A DNA stretch of 63,425 bases, the filler included, from Globobulimina sp. (Eukaryota), in NCBI GenBank assembly GCA_003354225.1. It is 37 parts of 37 records of this genome, joined end to end, with 100 filler letters (N's around TTAATTAATTAA, not from the genome) between each part and the next. Parts side by side here need not be neighbours in the genome. Positions count along the whole stretch, not along the records: positions 48,082 to 49,697 come from PIVH01014067.1; positions 49,798 to 51,413 come from PIVH01014068.1; positions 51,514 to 53,129 come from PIVH01014069.1; positions 53,230 to 54,845 come from PIVH01014070.1; positions 54,946 to 56,561 come from PIVH01014071.1; positions 56,662 to 58,277 come from PIVH01014072.1; positions 58,378 to 59,993 come from PIVH01014073.1; 30 more parts are not named here. One strand, written 5' to 3'. Positions within the stretch are counted from its first letter, which is position 1; every line of letters starts with the position of its first letter. The position numbers and the translations under genes were made by a program. Below, in pieces: positions 48,082 through 59,993 of this stretch. The notes under the pieces were generated by a model, which saw only the letters and a program-made list of their open reading frames with translations, did not search any database and had not been told where the DNA came from.

Positions 48082-49697
48082 AGAAGGCACTACCAGTGCT
48101 CGAACATTAACTTAATAAATAATCAAAGATTGTCACACGTTAACACAAATCACAAGATTGTTAAGTCGCGACGTACAAACAACAAAAACAGAAACAAACA
48201 ACAAAAGTAACCCAAGTTAATGTATCTAACGAGCAAAGTTAATAAATATATAATTAATTGATTGGTAGATTAATGATGATCGTTGAAATAAAAATATTGT
48301 GCATAATGCTCCAATATAGCGACAGCATTCTCCTTTTGCAATTTTCCTAATAATTTTCGATAAATAAGACATTTTTGTTGATTTGGATCAAGGTTTTTAT
48401 CAACACATTTTGCATCAATAATATAGTTCAAAGTTTGTTTGCTTTCGTAGTTAATACCACCCATAGATTCGAAGATAAGTGGTTTATATTTGTAATTTAA
48501 CTCCGAATTATTGATAATTGCCTCATATTTACGTGTTTTCGTCGCATAATAAAGATCGGCACAAACCAATCTATTATCGGCACATTTGGTTAATTTGCTC
48601 TCTCTATTTCTTGTTCCATTGTCGCTGACAATGTTCGTAATGCCAACATCTATGGCCCCGTGATGTTGAGGGAATAAATTAAATACCATAATATCCGCCG
48701 GTTTTTTACTTGAGTCCTCAACCAATCCATTGAGTTCTAATTCGCATTTATATCCGGCTCCTTTGCAGATTTCCATCACAGCACATGCCATGGAATTGTG
48801 CCTACCAATTCTACCGTGTCCGAATGAGCAATTTAAGCCATGGTCGCCGTATACATCTAATTTAGCTGTACATAGCAAGCAGTCGGCTTCCTCTTTCATT
48901 ATCGGCATATTTAGTCTTCGTTTCATTAATAATCTAAATTGTACATTGTCATAATCGATGCCAAAGCCGACTGCAAGATTTACTTTCAACCACGAATCAC
49001 ATTTCCAATTTGAGATTGATTTTAATGCTGCTCTCCCGCGCGAATCGTACACAGTATACAATTCACTCAGATACGACTTATCGATACGATCTATCAACTC
49101 CGACTGCATAAATTTGCCTTCTTCATTGATTCTAAACTTTGGCAATACTTTTGAATTATAATTGTTTACTGCCAAATCTCTCATATTCTCCATTTTTTTA
49201 TTTGTAAATAGGATTAAATCATTATCTAATAACCTTTTTAAAACATTATTGATGCTCGAATTGCAAGATAAGAATGCCGCGCTTTGTATTTGTGTAATTG
49301 TGCGCATGCTTAGACCACCTCGTTTAGACGAAATACTCGCATGTTTTATCGTGGTATTTGACATATTTTCACCTACGATTTTATTGTGAATCCCAATAAA
49401 AATCTCATCAAACTTTATTTGCCATTTACTAACGCCATAATAAGATAAATTTCTGGCCAAATAATTGATTTTGTTGATGTTATAAAAGTTTGATATTAAA
49501 ATGTATTGATGATGGATCGATTTCAGTTTTTGAATCATTTTGAGGTTCTTGAGCCATTTTGTAATTTTATCAAACATAAAATTATCGACATCTTCTTTGC
49601 TACCAATTCGTACTCCCATTACTTCAAAAGATCCTTTCTCCAAAATTTTCAGATTGGAAAAATCAATTTTGTCGGCACCTGGAATATTGAGTGTATT
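48082..49697 (-). mobile_element. Non-LTR retrotransposon with restriction-like endonuclease (CRE/SLACS-like clade), 3' part; ORF ends at 48270
   Basis: Post-RT VMGVRIG and KRGGL motifs, zinc knuckle CLLC...DHGLNC, RHN, KPADI, AIDV, K..KY, PLIFESMGG. Confidence 0.9.
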
Positions 49698-50148
49698 NNN
49701 NNNNNNNNNNNNNNNNNNNNNNNNNNNNNNNNNNNNNNNNNTTAATTAATTAANNNNNNNNNNNNNNNNNNNNNNNNNNNNNNNNNNNNNNNNNNNNTAA
49801 TGAAGATGAAAAAGATAATTTATGAATTGTTTTAATTTTGTTTGTTCGTGTAATGACATTTGGCTCATAGCTCCTTCATACTTCGGTGGTCCTCGTCTAA
49901 TGACTTTTTTGCTTTGTTTATATCCTCATGACTACTAATAGTAGTCATGTAACCTCATGAATCTATTACTAAATGTTTTTTTTTGACTTCAGACATTTTG
50001 ATTTAACATAGCCGCTTTCGGCTGCTTCGCATCACATCAATACATAGATTAATATCATTAATTAAATCAAGTCACTAATTTTAGAAAATTGATTGTTTTA
50101 ATCAAAATCATTTAACTGTTTTATTAATCAATAAATACTAATCTAAAA

Positions 50149-51413
50149 ATGGATGAGAATGCAGTTCGTGCCGCATGGAAAACAGGCGCAAATTGTCAAA
50201 TATACTCCAATTCAAAAAAGAAATGGTTCCACGGAGAAGTAGCACAGATTTTCACCGACGAAGAAGGAGAATGGCTTGAAGTTAAATATCAACACAAACC
50301 TCCCAATCCACTCAAACAAAATGCAACAATAATACCAACCATCAAGGTACGATACGATAAATCAATGAGCAAACAAGTACAACGATACAGCTCTGACATT
50401 CGACCGCATGTTAAGTATCCCTTGTTTTCCAGCCTCGGCGCTCAACAACGCACACACTCAAAACAAAAACACTAACATGGAATTCTATGCTATTCTCGCA
50501 CTATATCCCCACCACAAAACCGCCGCATAATCGCATCATCCAACACTCCAAAACCCTTAAATTCAAATCCCCCAACAACAGCCTGACGATATGAAAAAAA
50601 AGAAAAAGGTGAAGCCCAAATCCGCCGAGAATACCACGCCTTTCACCGACGAAGAAATGAAGGTATGACCGCACCAACCCTCCCTTCCTCACACTCAATA
50701 TACAGCCCACTAATCCCCTGCATATATCTCCTTCCATGCCCACAGCAACAACAATTTGCAGAAAAAGAACGCGCGGTAACACACCTCCATTGACCCCCAA
50801 TCATAACCATATACACATACACACTATACACGACACACAATGCACAGTTGCGCCAGTCCTGGGACAAAGGCGACGAAGTGGAGATCTTCAGCAACACGCA
50901 CCAGGAGTGGTATTTGGGCGAAGTTGTAGACATCATCAAGGACGACGAGGGCGAGTGGCTCAACTGCGTCTGGGCGCGCGCCAACGGCGAGGCGATGAGC
51001 AAACAGGTCCAGCGCTTCAGCACCGACGTGCGCCCCGTCCAAGACGACTCCACGTCGGGCGACAGCAGCGACGACGGCGGCAAAGCCTCGCCCGGGCCGC
51101 CGCCGCATAGCAAGCCGCCCAGAGCCAACAACGTCGGCGCCCAGACGCCCGGCGAGAAGATCAAAGTTTTGGCGCAGAAGATCGCGCAAAGAAAGACCAA
51201 CTTTCGACGGCGCGCCCCGCCCTTCTCCAGAACCTTGCGGCCGTCGACCTTTACATATCCCGCCACTTCCTCTGCGCGGCGAGCGCGCAAATTGCTCGAT
51301 TTGGAGGAAACGCTCGAGAAAAACCAACATGTGGTGGAGCAGATGCCCGTCGCTGGCAAAGTTGAGTACTATTCGTTGTGTGCGATTTTGCGTATTATTG
51401 CGTTGTGGGTTGC
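50149..51413 (+). CDS. Multi-exon protein with two tandem Tudor/Agenet/SH3-like ~60-aa domains, 3' truncated
   Basis: Repeat W..G..(C/V).I(Y/F)SN....W..GEV..I..D.EGEWL.....MSKQVQR(Y/F)S.D(I/V)RP occurs twice. First intron 50281-50346. Confidence 0.75.
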
Positions 51414-51565
51414 NNNNNNNNNNNNNNNNNNNNNNNNNNNNNNNNNNNNNNNNNNNNTTAATTAATTAANNNNNNNNNNNNNNNNNNNNNNNNNNNNNNN
51501 NNNNNNNNNNNNNAATCAACAAATCAGACACAATCAACAAAATATAGAGAATAATAAAAATATAT

Positions 51566-52543
51566 TTAATTATGATTAATATGATCAATACCAAACTGAT
51601 TGATTGGATGTCTACAAATTGGACAATATATCCTATCATGTAACCAAATTGAAATACATCCACTATGAAATGAATGGAAACACGGTAAGGTCATTTTTGT
51701 CTCATCCGCTCGATATGATTGCATACAAATCCTGCATTCAATATCTTCATTTTCTTCATTGCGTCTTATTTTCCGTGTGGGTAAATACTCGATTATGCTG
51801 GCACTGACTCCTTCGTTGTTTTCATTCTTATTTTCATTCTCACCCACATTCTCATTATGTATTCTTCGAAGTGTTGCTCCGTTTTGTGGTACAACCACAC
51901 CATTATTGATACTAAATGCTCCATCAACAACATAATGAATATATTCTCCGTTATTATAAATATGTACATGCGTTTCATTATTTTCATTCACTACATTTGT
52001 GATAATTTGTTGATTTCTATTATTATTATTATTTTGTGGCTGTGGTTGTGGTAATTGAAATTGCATTTGATTTGCAACTGGCATTTGTGCCATATTCTGT
52101 TGCATTTGACCCATTAAATTAGCAAAGGTATTCATTGACCGTTGAAACGGTATAAATGGAAATGGCGATGGTTGAGGACCAAATGTCGGTGCTGGTGGTG
52201 GATAATTATAATTATTATTATTGTTATTGTTATAATTATTGTTATTATTATGATTGTTATGATTGTTATGATTGTTATGATTGTTATGATTGTTATGATT
52301 ATAATTATTCATTTGCATATTTGTTTGATTTCTTCTGTTTTGATTTAAATTGTTTACATTGAGACTATGATGGACGGCTAAACTTGCATTTCGTTCATTT
52401 AATTGTTGCTCCATTGTTCCTAATTCATTGACACGATTATGATTTGAATTGTTTCTGTTCCTTGACCTTGACCTTGATCGTGAATTAGTATTATGTCTCG
52501 GACGGTTATTACTATGTCGTTCGGTACAACCTTTTGCTTCCAT
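51566..52543 (-). CDS. RING-H2 E3 ubiquitin ligase with Asn/Gln-rich N-terminus
   Basis: CRIC...LPCFHSFH..CI..WL....CPICR. Contains an (AATCATAAC)n microsatellite at about 52245-52300. Confidence 0.92.
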   Translation of the reverse strand: MEAKGCTERHSNNRPRHNTNSRSRSRSRNRNNSNHNRVNELGTMEQQLNERNASLAVHHSLNVNNLNQNRRNQTNMQMNNYNHNNHNNHNNHNNHNNHNNNNNYNNNNNNNYNYPPPAPTFGPQPSPFPFIPFQRSMNTFANLMGQMQQNMAQMPVANQMQFQLPQPQPQNNNNNRNQQIITNVVNENNETHVHIYNNGEYIHYVVDGAFSINNGVVVPQNGATLRRIHNENVGENENKNENNEGVSASIIEYLPTRKIRRNEENEDIECRICMQSYRADETKMTLPCFHSFHSGCISIWLHDRIYCPICRHPINQFGIDHINHN

Positions 52544-52729
52544 ATTGAATGTAAAGTAACTCAAGTTAAACTTTTTCTGTTTAACTTATGGGTGGGGGAG
52601 GGGTTATCTATTAAAACTCTATTTATTGGCTGGTGAAGTATTAAGTTAAATGTGAAAGTTCAAAAATTAGGTTATTATTTTTCATTTTTTTTAATAAAAA
52701 CATCCAAAATGACGACCATAAAAACCTGA

Positions 52730-53129
52730 TCAATTTACATCCCCCTTTAATTTCCATGACTCATGATATCCATTTATCTGACAGTTTTTGTTTGCGATGA
52801 CAAATATTGATTTGCCGTTATAAGCAATCACATTAATATTTGACGATACGTTTTTAAATTCTTGCAATACTGCATTTCCATTAAATATTAATGCAGTACT
52901 CTTATTATTAAATATTAAAATAAACATAAAATCCTTGATTTCACTCATTTGTAACCAATGAATTACATTTCCAATATTTAACATAAATGTCATTGCATCA
53001 AATTGTTGACTACGTACCGAAATATGAATCTTTATTTTCATTTGTTTTCGTTTTCGTTTTTTAGTTTGAAATAATCCTTTTTCAATACCAACCAATATCG
53101 ATTCAAATAATTTACCATCATCTCTAAAT
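52730..53129 (-). CDS. C-terminal fragment of an unidentified protein
   Basis: Open frame of more than 120 codons running from the contig end. Confidence 0.4.
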
Positions 53130-53351
53130 NNNNNNNNNNNNNNNNNNNNNNNNNNNNNNNNNNNNNNNNNNNNTTAATTAATTAANNNNNNNNNNNNNNN
53201 NNNNNNNNNNNNNNNNNNNNNNNNNNNNNAAAATAACATCATACTCAATAAAATAGCTTTTTACATCACTGCCGTCTGACAAGTTGCGGGTAAATGTATC
53301 AAACAAAAATCAAAAGTTGCAACATTGACTCAATTAATTCACCACCGCTGC

Positions 53352-54845
53352 CTACTCCGTATTGTTTGAAGTATCTTCAAAACTCAATTTTTTTTTAAGT
53401 TTTTGTATTGTATCATCCGATGAACTGAATAATTTCTGGAAAATATGTTTAGCAAAATATTTTGAATCATGCTTCACCGGATGGGATGCCTTCAATTTAT
53501 TATCCTCATCTTTTTGCTGTTGAATATATTCCTCTTTTTGTAACGTATCAATGCGATTTGCTTCCTTTGCCATGGCGCGAACCACATTTTTATTCAATAA
53601 AATATATGAATTCAAGTCCTTCAATATTTCATTTTGTAACTTTTCATCTGGCACCAAATCCATATAAACTACATTTTCAACTTTCTGTTCCTCGTTAGCT
53701 AAATCTTGCGTTTTTTCATCTGCGGTGCCTGTAAAATACTCAATGTTTTGCTTACATATTTTATTTAACAATGCATATTTTTTAAAATTTATCTGATGAT
53801 CTAATGTCTTATTTAATTTATTCTGATTTCCATCATTTGCAAATGTCAAATCCTTTAATATCAATCCCAAGAATGGAATGCCGGGCGGTTTCATTATTTC
53901 GCAGTAATCCCTCAACTTTGAATAGTTCATTTTTCCGCTGCAGAGTGGCGATAAAAACTCGTTCAATTTCCTCCGCGTTGACTTATTCAAAAACTCACTC
54001 GAAATCTTCAATTTTTGCACTGAGAGCGAGTTCAAAGCACTGCAAACCGCCATGAATGAGTGCAAGTTATTCAATTTCAACAATGTCTAAAACAAAAACA
54101 TTTAATTTTGTAGCAACAAATCAAAATCAACACACTTAACTTCCGCCACATAAATAAAAAACTCCATCATTTTCACTCTCGTTTTCTATATATTACAACC
54201 ATCAAATTCATTCCTTCGGTTTTGCATAAATCATCAGATAAAAAGGCTTAACTAAATCGGGCGAACCAATGATTGACACAATAACGTACTGATTAATTTG
54301 CTGGAACCTGTCAATAAATAATTTGATCGATTGGTGTTTGCGCGTATCCTTTTTGGATAAAATCTTATGCAAACATTCCCGACAGCTGATATTGCAAAAA
54401 TACTCCCAATCCACAATGGTTAATTGTTTCGCATATTCCCTGGCTGTATCTGTGTTTTTCAATGCTAAAAATGATAACATATTGACATTCTCGTCCTTGT
54501 GTTCAGAATTATAATCTGAATCATACTCAATCATATTATCATAATTCACCAATTCTGTAAATAAATCGTCTGAAAACTGAGCAACATCCTTTTCCACAGC
54601 AGAGGTCGACGGCGTTCTGGACCGATTTTCAACGCTCAACATCCTGTTTCTGGTGAAATTCTTGGATTTCTTGATCTGTTTATCCCAGAGCTCCTGATGT
54701 TGTTTGTGTTTATTTTGCAGTTCGCGCACAATGTTTAAGTACCACTCCTCGCGAGAATTTATAACGCCATTTATTTTCAAGATATATTGTTGGAGGAAGG
54801 CTGCATATGTTTTATGATTCGAATTAGAATCATAATTATCATATT
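53352..54845 (-). CDS. RasGEF (CDC25) domain protein, 5' truncated; introns 54252-54186 and 54140-54087
   Basis: AKQLTIVDWEYF, spliced SPDL|KTRVKMMEFFIYVAE|TLLKLNNLHS, PGIPFLGLILKDLTFANDGN, INFKK. Confidence 0.92.
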
Positions 54846-55549
54846 NNNNNNNNNNNNNNNNNNNNNNNNNNNNNNNNNNNNNNNNNNNNTTAATTAATTA
54901 ANNNNNNNNNNNNNNNNNNNNNNNNNNNNNNNNNNNNNNNNNNNNCGAAATTGGGGTCATGCCTATTCGTCTCTTTATAACCCAGTGCCTGACCGGTTCC
55001 TAATTCGGCTGGGGCTGTCTCGGCAATGTATTTTATGGATTGATTTGGTTGGATATTATTTATTATTTATTAAAAATAACTCAGAACTTTGTTGCTCTGC
55101 AGCCTGAATCATAAGATTCAACTCAATAATTTTATCTCTAGAGGTTTGCCACCATAACATCCATAATGACATCTTGAACATAAATATTGATAATATTTAT
55201 CATTTGTTGTAAGTGATACTGTCATACATAATGTGTCTAAAAACACATCCATAGCTAGTCCAAATATTGATAACATTTGAACAGCCCACCAACTATGATC
55301 TTCTGGTATACCCAAAAGAGGAATAGTTACAATGGATGATATGCAATAAAATAAACTGAACATGACACAGAATATTGATAAGATGCCATACAGTAATGTT
55401 CCCGATAATATATACGCATATGAGTACTAATATATATATTAGTACAGCTAATATATTTACTAAATGGTGGACCTGTCAAGGGATCATATATACTAATATA
55501 TCTAATATATATATACAACAACAAAAAAAGTGTAGCAAAAATATAATTT

Positions 55550-56062
55550 TTACAGAAGAACAATCCACTTAATTATAATTTTTACAGAAGAACAATAATT
55601 TTTACAGAAGAATATAATTTTTATAATTTTTAATTGTTCCTCTAACCATTCAACAATATCATAATTTCCCTTTGCTAATGCAAATACAGCAGCCGATATT
55701 GCTTTTGTTTTCTCTATATTGAACCAATCAACAGGTTCATCCCAAAAAGTTGCCTCATCTTTCACCTCCCACTTATTTTTATCATACGAACCAAATTTTT
55801 TATAATATGGCATTTTTTTAAAAGGTATTTTAACTTTTTTCAATTCTGTTATTTCATTTGAAAAAGCATAGCCATATTTACTCCGTACATTAACATTGAG
55901 TGGCAATGAGAAATCAGGAAATAACACCAAATATTGAGTATATATCAAAAAACATGCACATGTCGTTATAAATATTGCCAATCCATAATCTGCAGACAAA
56001 AAAAACTCTTTTCTTTCTCCATTGGCACCAAACAATGCCCACAAAATCAAAAATGCCCACAA
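55550..56062 (-). CDS. Membrane protein fragment whose 5' side abuts a MITE (likely disrupted)
   Basis: 170-codon frame with TM segments and a non-ATG start. It ends in a triplicated ATTTTTACAGAAGAA. Confidence 0.4.
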   Translation of the reverse strand: MWAFLILWALFGANGERKEFFLSADYGLAIFITTCACFLIYTQYLVLFPDFSLPLNVNVRSKYGYAFSNEITELKKVKIPFKKMPYYKKFGSYDKNKWEVKDEATFWDEPVDWFNIEKTKAISAAVFALAKGNYDIVEWLEEQLKIIKIIFFCKNYCSSVKIIIKWIVLL

Positions 56063-56067
56063 AATTC

Positions 56068-56278
56068 GGAAGGAAAATAGGTTAATAATAAAATGTTAAA
56101 GGTAACATTTAACTTTTTGCTTTTCAGTTTGAAATTACTGTTTTTACTGTAAACTCTTTGAATTTACAGTTTTTTAGAGATTATTCAAAATAAAAACATT
56201 GAAAGTCAAAATTGAATTCTTAAAGGTTGTGTTTCATCGGTAACCATTAACATTTTATTATTAACCTATTTTCCTTCC
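56068..56278. mobile_element. MITE, 211 bp, 32-bp perfect TIRs starting GG, 8-bp TSD CAAAATTC (Merlin-like)
   Basis: TIR GGAAGGAAAATAGGTTAATAATAAAATGTTAA. TSD at 56060-56067 and 56279-56286. Confidence 0.92.
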
Positions 56279-56329
56279 CAAAATTCTAACTTATCATATT
56301 CTAAACAATCGTATATTAATCTTATATTA

Positions 56330-56441
56330 ATCTAAATCTATCCTATCCTAACCATCCTAACCTATGCTAACCAATGTTAACAAATCCTAACCTATTCTAA
56401 CCAATCTTAACCAATCCTAACATATCCTAACCAATCATAAT
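56330..56441. repeat. Degenerate 10-bp satellite (CCTAACCAAT)n
   Basis: About 10 imperfect units. Confidence 0.8.
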
Positions 56442-56661
56442 CTGAGTTAATGGAATTTCGAAAAGCACCAGTGTAATAGCACCAGTGTAAGTCTTCAATA
56501 TAAAATGTACATTTCTATTCGCCATTTTACACTGGTGATTTTATATTGGTGCTTTATATTGNNNNNNNNNNNNNNNNNNNNNNNNNNNNNNNNNNNNNNN
56601 NNNNNTTAATTAATTAANNNNNNNNNNNNNNNNNNNNNNNNNNNNNNNNNNNNNNNNNNNN

Positions 56662-58277
56662 TTTAACCAATTCCTTTAATTTGCTTTTCATTGGTTCGAA
56701 TTTGCCTTTTTTATACTCAATGATAATGGAATCAAACTGTGAGTGATAAGCAATCAAATTCCCGATCATTCGCAATAATTTTATCCGTATCACGTTATCA
56801 TTGAGTCGATATTTATCATATTTTGCATATAACTCACAATTAATCTGTTGATAAAACGACTGTATCATTGTCAGTCTGATATCAATTTCTCCGATGGGCG
56901 AACTCTCCAAAAACTCATTTAAATGATTAAACATTTCCTGTAGGAATATTTCACACTTCTCCTGATGTGAAAATACCTCAATTGGATTCTTTCTCGTTGC
57001 CTCAATTTTGGCCAAAATCTCTTCCGCTTTAACACCAAAAACCTGTTCAGGATTCAATGAAGACCTATATTTATTGAATGATTCTTCGTGATTCAATGTT
57101 TTCTTTTCTTTCGCCTTTCTATTTTCCAAAATAGAGTCAATAAAATCGTCGGTAATCTCTTCTGTGTGGATCAGCGAATACAAATAGAACCAATTATTGA
57201 TGGCCGCGTCACAAATTTCTTCTTCTTTGCGTTGAAATATAGCAGACCATGATTGCAGCTCTAATTTTCGCCAATAACCAATTAATTTGAATATGGGAGT
57301 TAACTGTGTTTGGATGGAAGTATGTCGCGCTGCGCAAGTGTCCTCCCAATCCGATTTGGCTTTGGATAGCAACAATTCCAAACCAGTCAATACTTTCATG
57401 ATTGGTGACCGTATCGACAATGATGATAAATGAGTGCATAATTCACTCACTTGCAACAGCACCGAATGTGAGGGATACGCAGATAACAATGTCGCTATAC
57501 GGACACTTAGATTTTGCAATGGCCTCTCAACAATGCGGATAAATGAGGGCACCGATTGGGTGTACACATTAATGGGGTTATGGAATTTTAATTTTTTTGA
57601 GCGTGACAATGTGGAAATATCCAACGAAGAGTCAATAAGGGATGAGGAGGATGCTCTGCTCATTGAAGTAAATCTTGTGTACAAATCTGTGGAGGATAGT
57701 AAATACGAAATATGGCCGATATTATCCACGCTTTTATCCACAGTGATACCATGCTTATAACTGTGAGCTTGCGGCTGTTTAACGGATAATAATTCTGTTA
57801 AGATACTGGCGAGTCTGTGTTGGGAGGATAATGACTCTGAGATTTCTTTGATGATTGCTCCAGAGACAGTGCTTGTTTTTGAGCTTAGTTTAGCGGAAAA
57901 TATATGTAAATGTTGTTTGAATATTTCCTTTATGTCTTGTGTGGATAACGAGGCTACGAAGGCATTGTTTCCTTTTCTAGGAATCTTAAATGGGAGTGTT
58001 TGAGTGGAGGTTTTTGTAAGGTTTGGATCTATTAATACGTCATCTAGTTGTTGTTGGGTTTGTTGTTTATCCATCCTTTGTTGATGTAGTTGAATGATGG
58101 TTGGATTTTGAGCAATCCGTGAATCTAATTTAGCAAAATCTTGTTTCATTTGAGTTTTATGATGCAATGTTTTGGAGGCTGTTAAATGACGGAAATCCAA
58201 TAAATAATCGGGGAATAAGTCCCACATATTTGGCTTGCTTTTTTGTTCAAGTTCTTTCGAATCAAATTTATACAATG
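56662..58277 (-). CDS. MDN1: Midasin (Rea1) linker-region fragment
   Basis: SPIMKVLTGLELLLSKA...WE...LIGYWRKLELQSW, WFYLY and FLESSPIGE...RL match the midasin linker. Confidence 0.85.
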
Positions 58278-58377
58278 NNNNNNNNNNNNNNNNNNNNNNN
58301 NNNNNNNNNNNNNNNNNNNNNTTAATTAATTAANNNNNNNNNNNNNNNNNNNNNNNNNNNNNNNNNNNNNNNNNNNN

Positions 58378-58893
58378 TTTCTCACTTTTCTCACCAAAAT
58401 AAAAGATGTAAATAAAATGAAATAAATAAGTATAACTTGTGGTTATTCGCATCTTAGCATTTAAATCAAAATACAATTGATATTTAGGCAATGTTTTCAA
58501 CTGAGAATGAATGGTTTGATATATATATTGAGAGATGTGCAGACTGTGAAAGACTGTGAAAGATGCGGCCAATTCATACTCATTAATAAGGTCATATGTC
58601 GTGATTAAATATTCTTTCTTTATCAGCTCAATATAATTCAATTTACGTTTACATGAATTATATACTATTCTTCGTATCAAATGAGATTTCCTCGTGATAT
58701 CATTGCGATTAATATTCCATTGCTTGCAGACCAACATCACACTACAAAGATAATCGACAATGTTTAAAAATATAAATATTTCATCTAGTATCACAGATGG
58801 CAGATTCATGAGACACATCAAGTCATTATTTACAGTTAAATTATTAGTTCCATCATCAAATTCATCATGCTGTGTTTCATTGTTTTCATTCAT
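58378..58893 (-). CDS. F-box protein, N-terminal part
   Basis: LMNLPSVILDEIFIFL....L.SVMLVCKQW. Confidence 0.8.
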
Positions 58894-59031
58894 GACGTCG
58901 TCAATGTGGACACAATAAGTTGCCATTATTTATTAAATTTAAAATCAAAATCAAAAAAAAAACCTGTACTTTTACCCTGTCAATATTTGACCATCGACAG
59001 TTCAACAGCACGCCTAACTATCACATTCGGT

Positions 59032-59307
59032 ATGTTTGGGAACTGGGATCAATGGTGGTATTCTGGTGCTTATGGACAAACAAAAAAACCTGATGTTGCC
59101 AATGCGCACATGGTGCCATATGCGCACATGGTGCCATATGAGCCAGTACCAGTACCACAACCACATGAAGCATATCCTCAATATATCAATTGGTTAATTG
59201 GCTTAATTACAGCATTATTATTAATAAATATAGTTTGCTGTATATATTTTTATAAATGTAAAGCAGTAAAAGCACCTAAATATAATAAAGTGGATTATGA
59301 AAATTAA
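59032..59307 (+). CDS. Small single-pass membrane protein with a duplicated AHMVPY motif
   Basis: ATG start, one TM segment, KYNKV tail. Confidence 0.55.
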   Translation: MFGNWDQWWYSGAYGQTKKPDVANAHMVPYAHMVPYEPVPVPQPHEAYPQYINWLIGLITALLLINIVCCIYFYKCKAVKAPKYNKVDYEN

Positions 59308-59653
59308 ACTAATTCACCATGCAAAAAATGAAAAAGTATCATTTGCACTTATTAATAAATCCAAATGCATTGTGTAAATATAATATATTCTCTCTTATAA
59401 TTATATATTTTTTCTTTTTTTTTATTCTGTGTTTTGTGACAGGTTTTGTGTACCTTTTTTCTTGTAGAAAATTAACACGACGTAGGAGTTCAACGGACAA
59501 AAAAAGAGCAGCGGATTTTTATTGTTTCAGAGAAACCTAAAAGAAATGTTTTCAAATTGAATCGAGTTAAAATCAAGAACAATATTTTAATTTAAAAATG
59601 AAATAAATATTACAAATAGATTGTTTATGCCCATATTTTTAATAAAGTATCCC

Positions 59654-59993
59654 ATGAACCAGTACAAAGTGCTTGTCAACTGCGACGCCAACGACCTGGT
59701 CATGACCTAGTACCTGGCTGCCTGTCAGCAGAGAGGACGCTACACCGACACTGCCTTCAACCTAGAGGGCACTTCCTTCGTGGCCGACAAGGTCTACCCC
59801 TGCAGAAGACTCAGCAAGGAGACCGCTCTCTTCGACCCCCGTGTGAAATTCTACGATATCGCCTGTCCCGCCTGTCTGCCCGACCTGGAGTCCGTGCTGA
59901 ACCTAGTGTCTCACCAGTCCCGTCTGCTGGAAAACACCCTCCAGTTCCAGCGATTCTCCCAGGCAGATCGTATCGGCCGGACTCGTCACCATC
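59654..59993 (+). CDS. GC-rich ORF with in-frame TAG at 59708-59710, 3' truncated
   Basis: MNQYKVLVNCDANDLVMT*YLAACQQRG... with strongly C/G-ending codons, unlike the flanking DNA. Confidence 0.5.

Noticed and set aside
50501-51359. Long antisense ORFs (and similar ones at 17918, 21512, 30091, 44132, 57434)
   Set aside because: Shadow frames opposite real coding exons.
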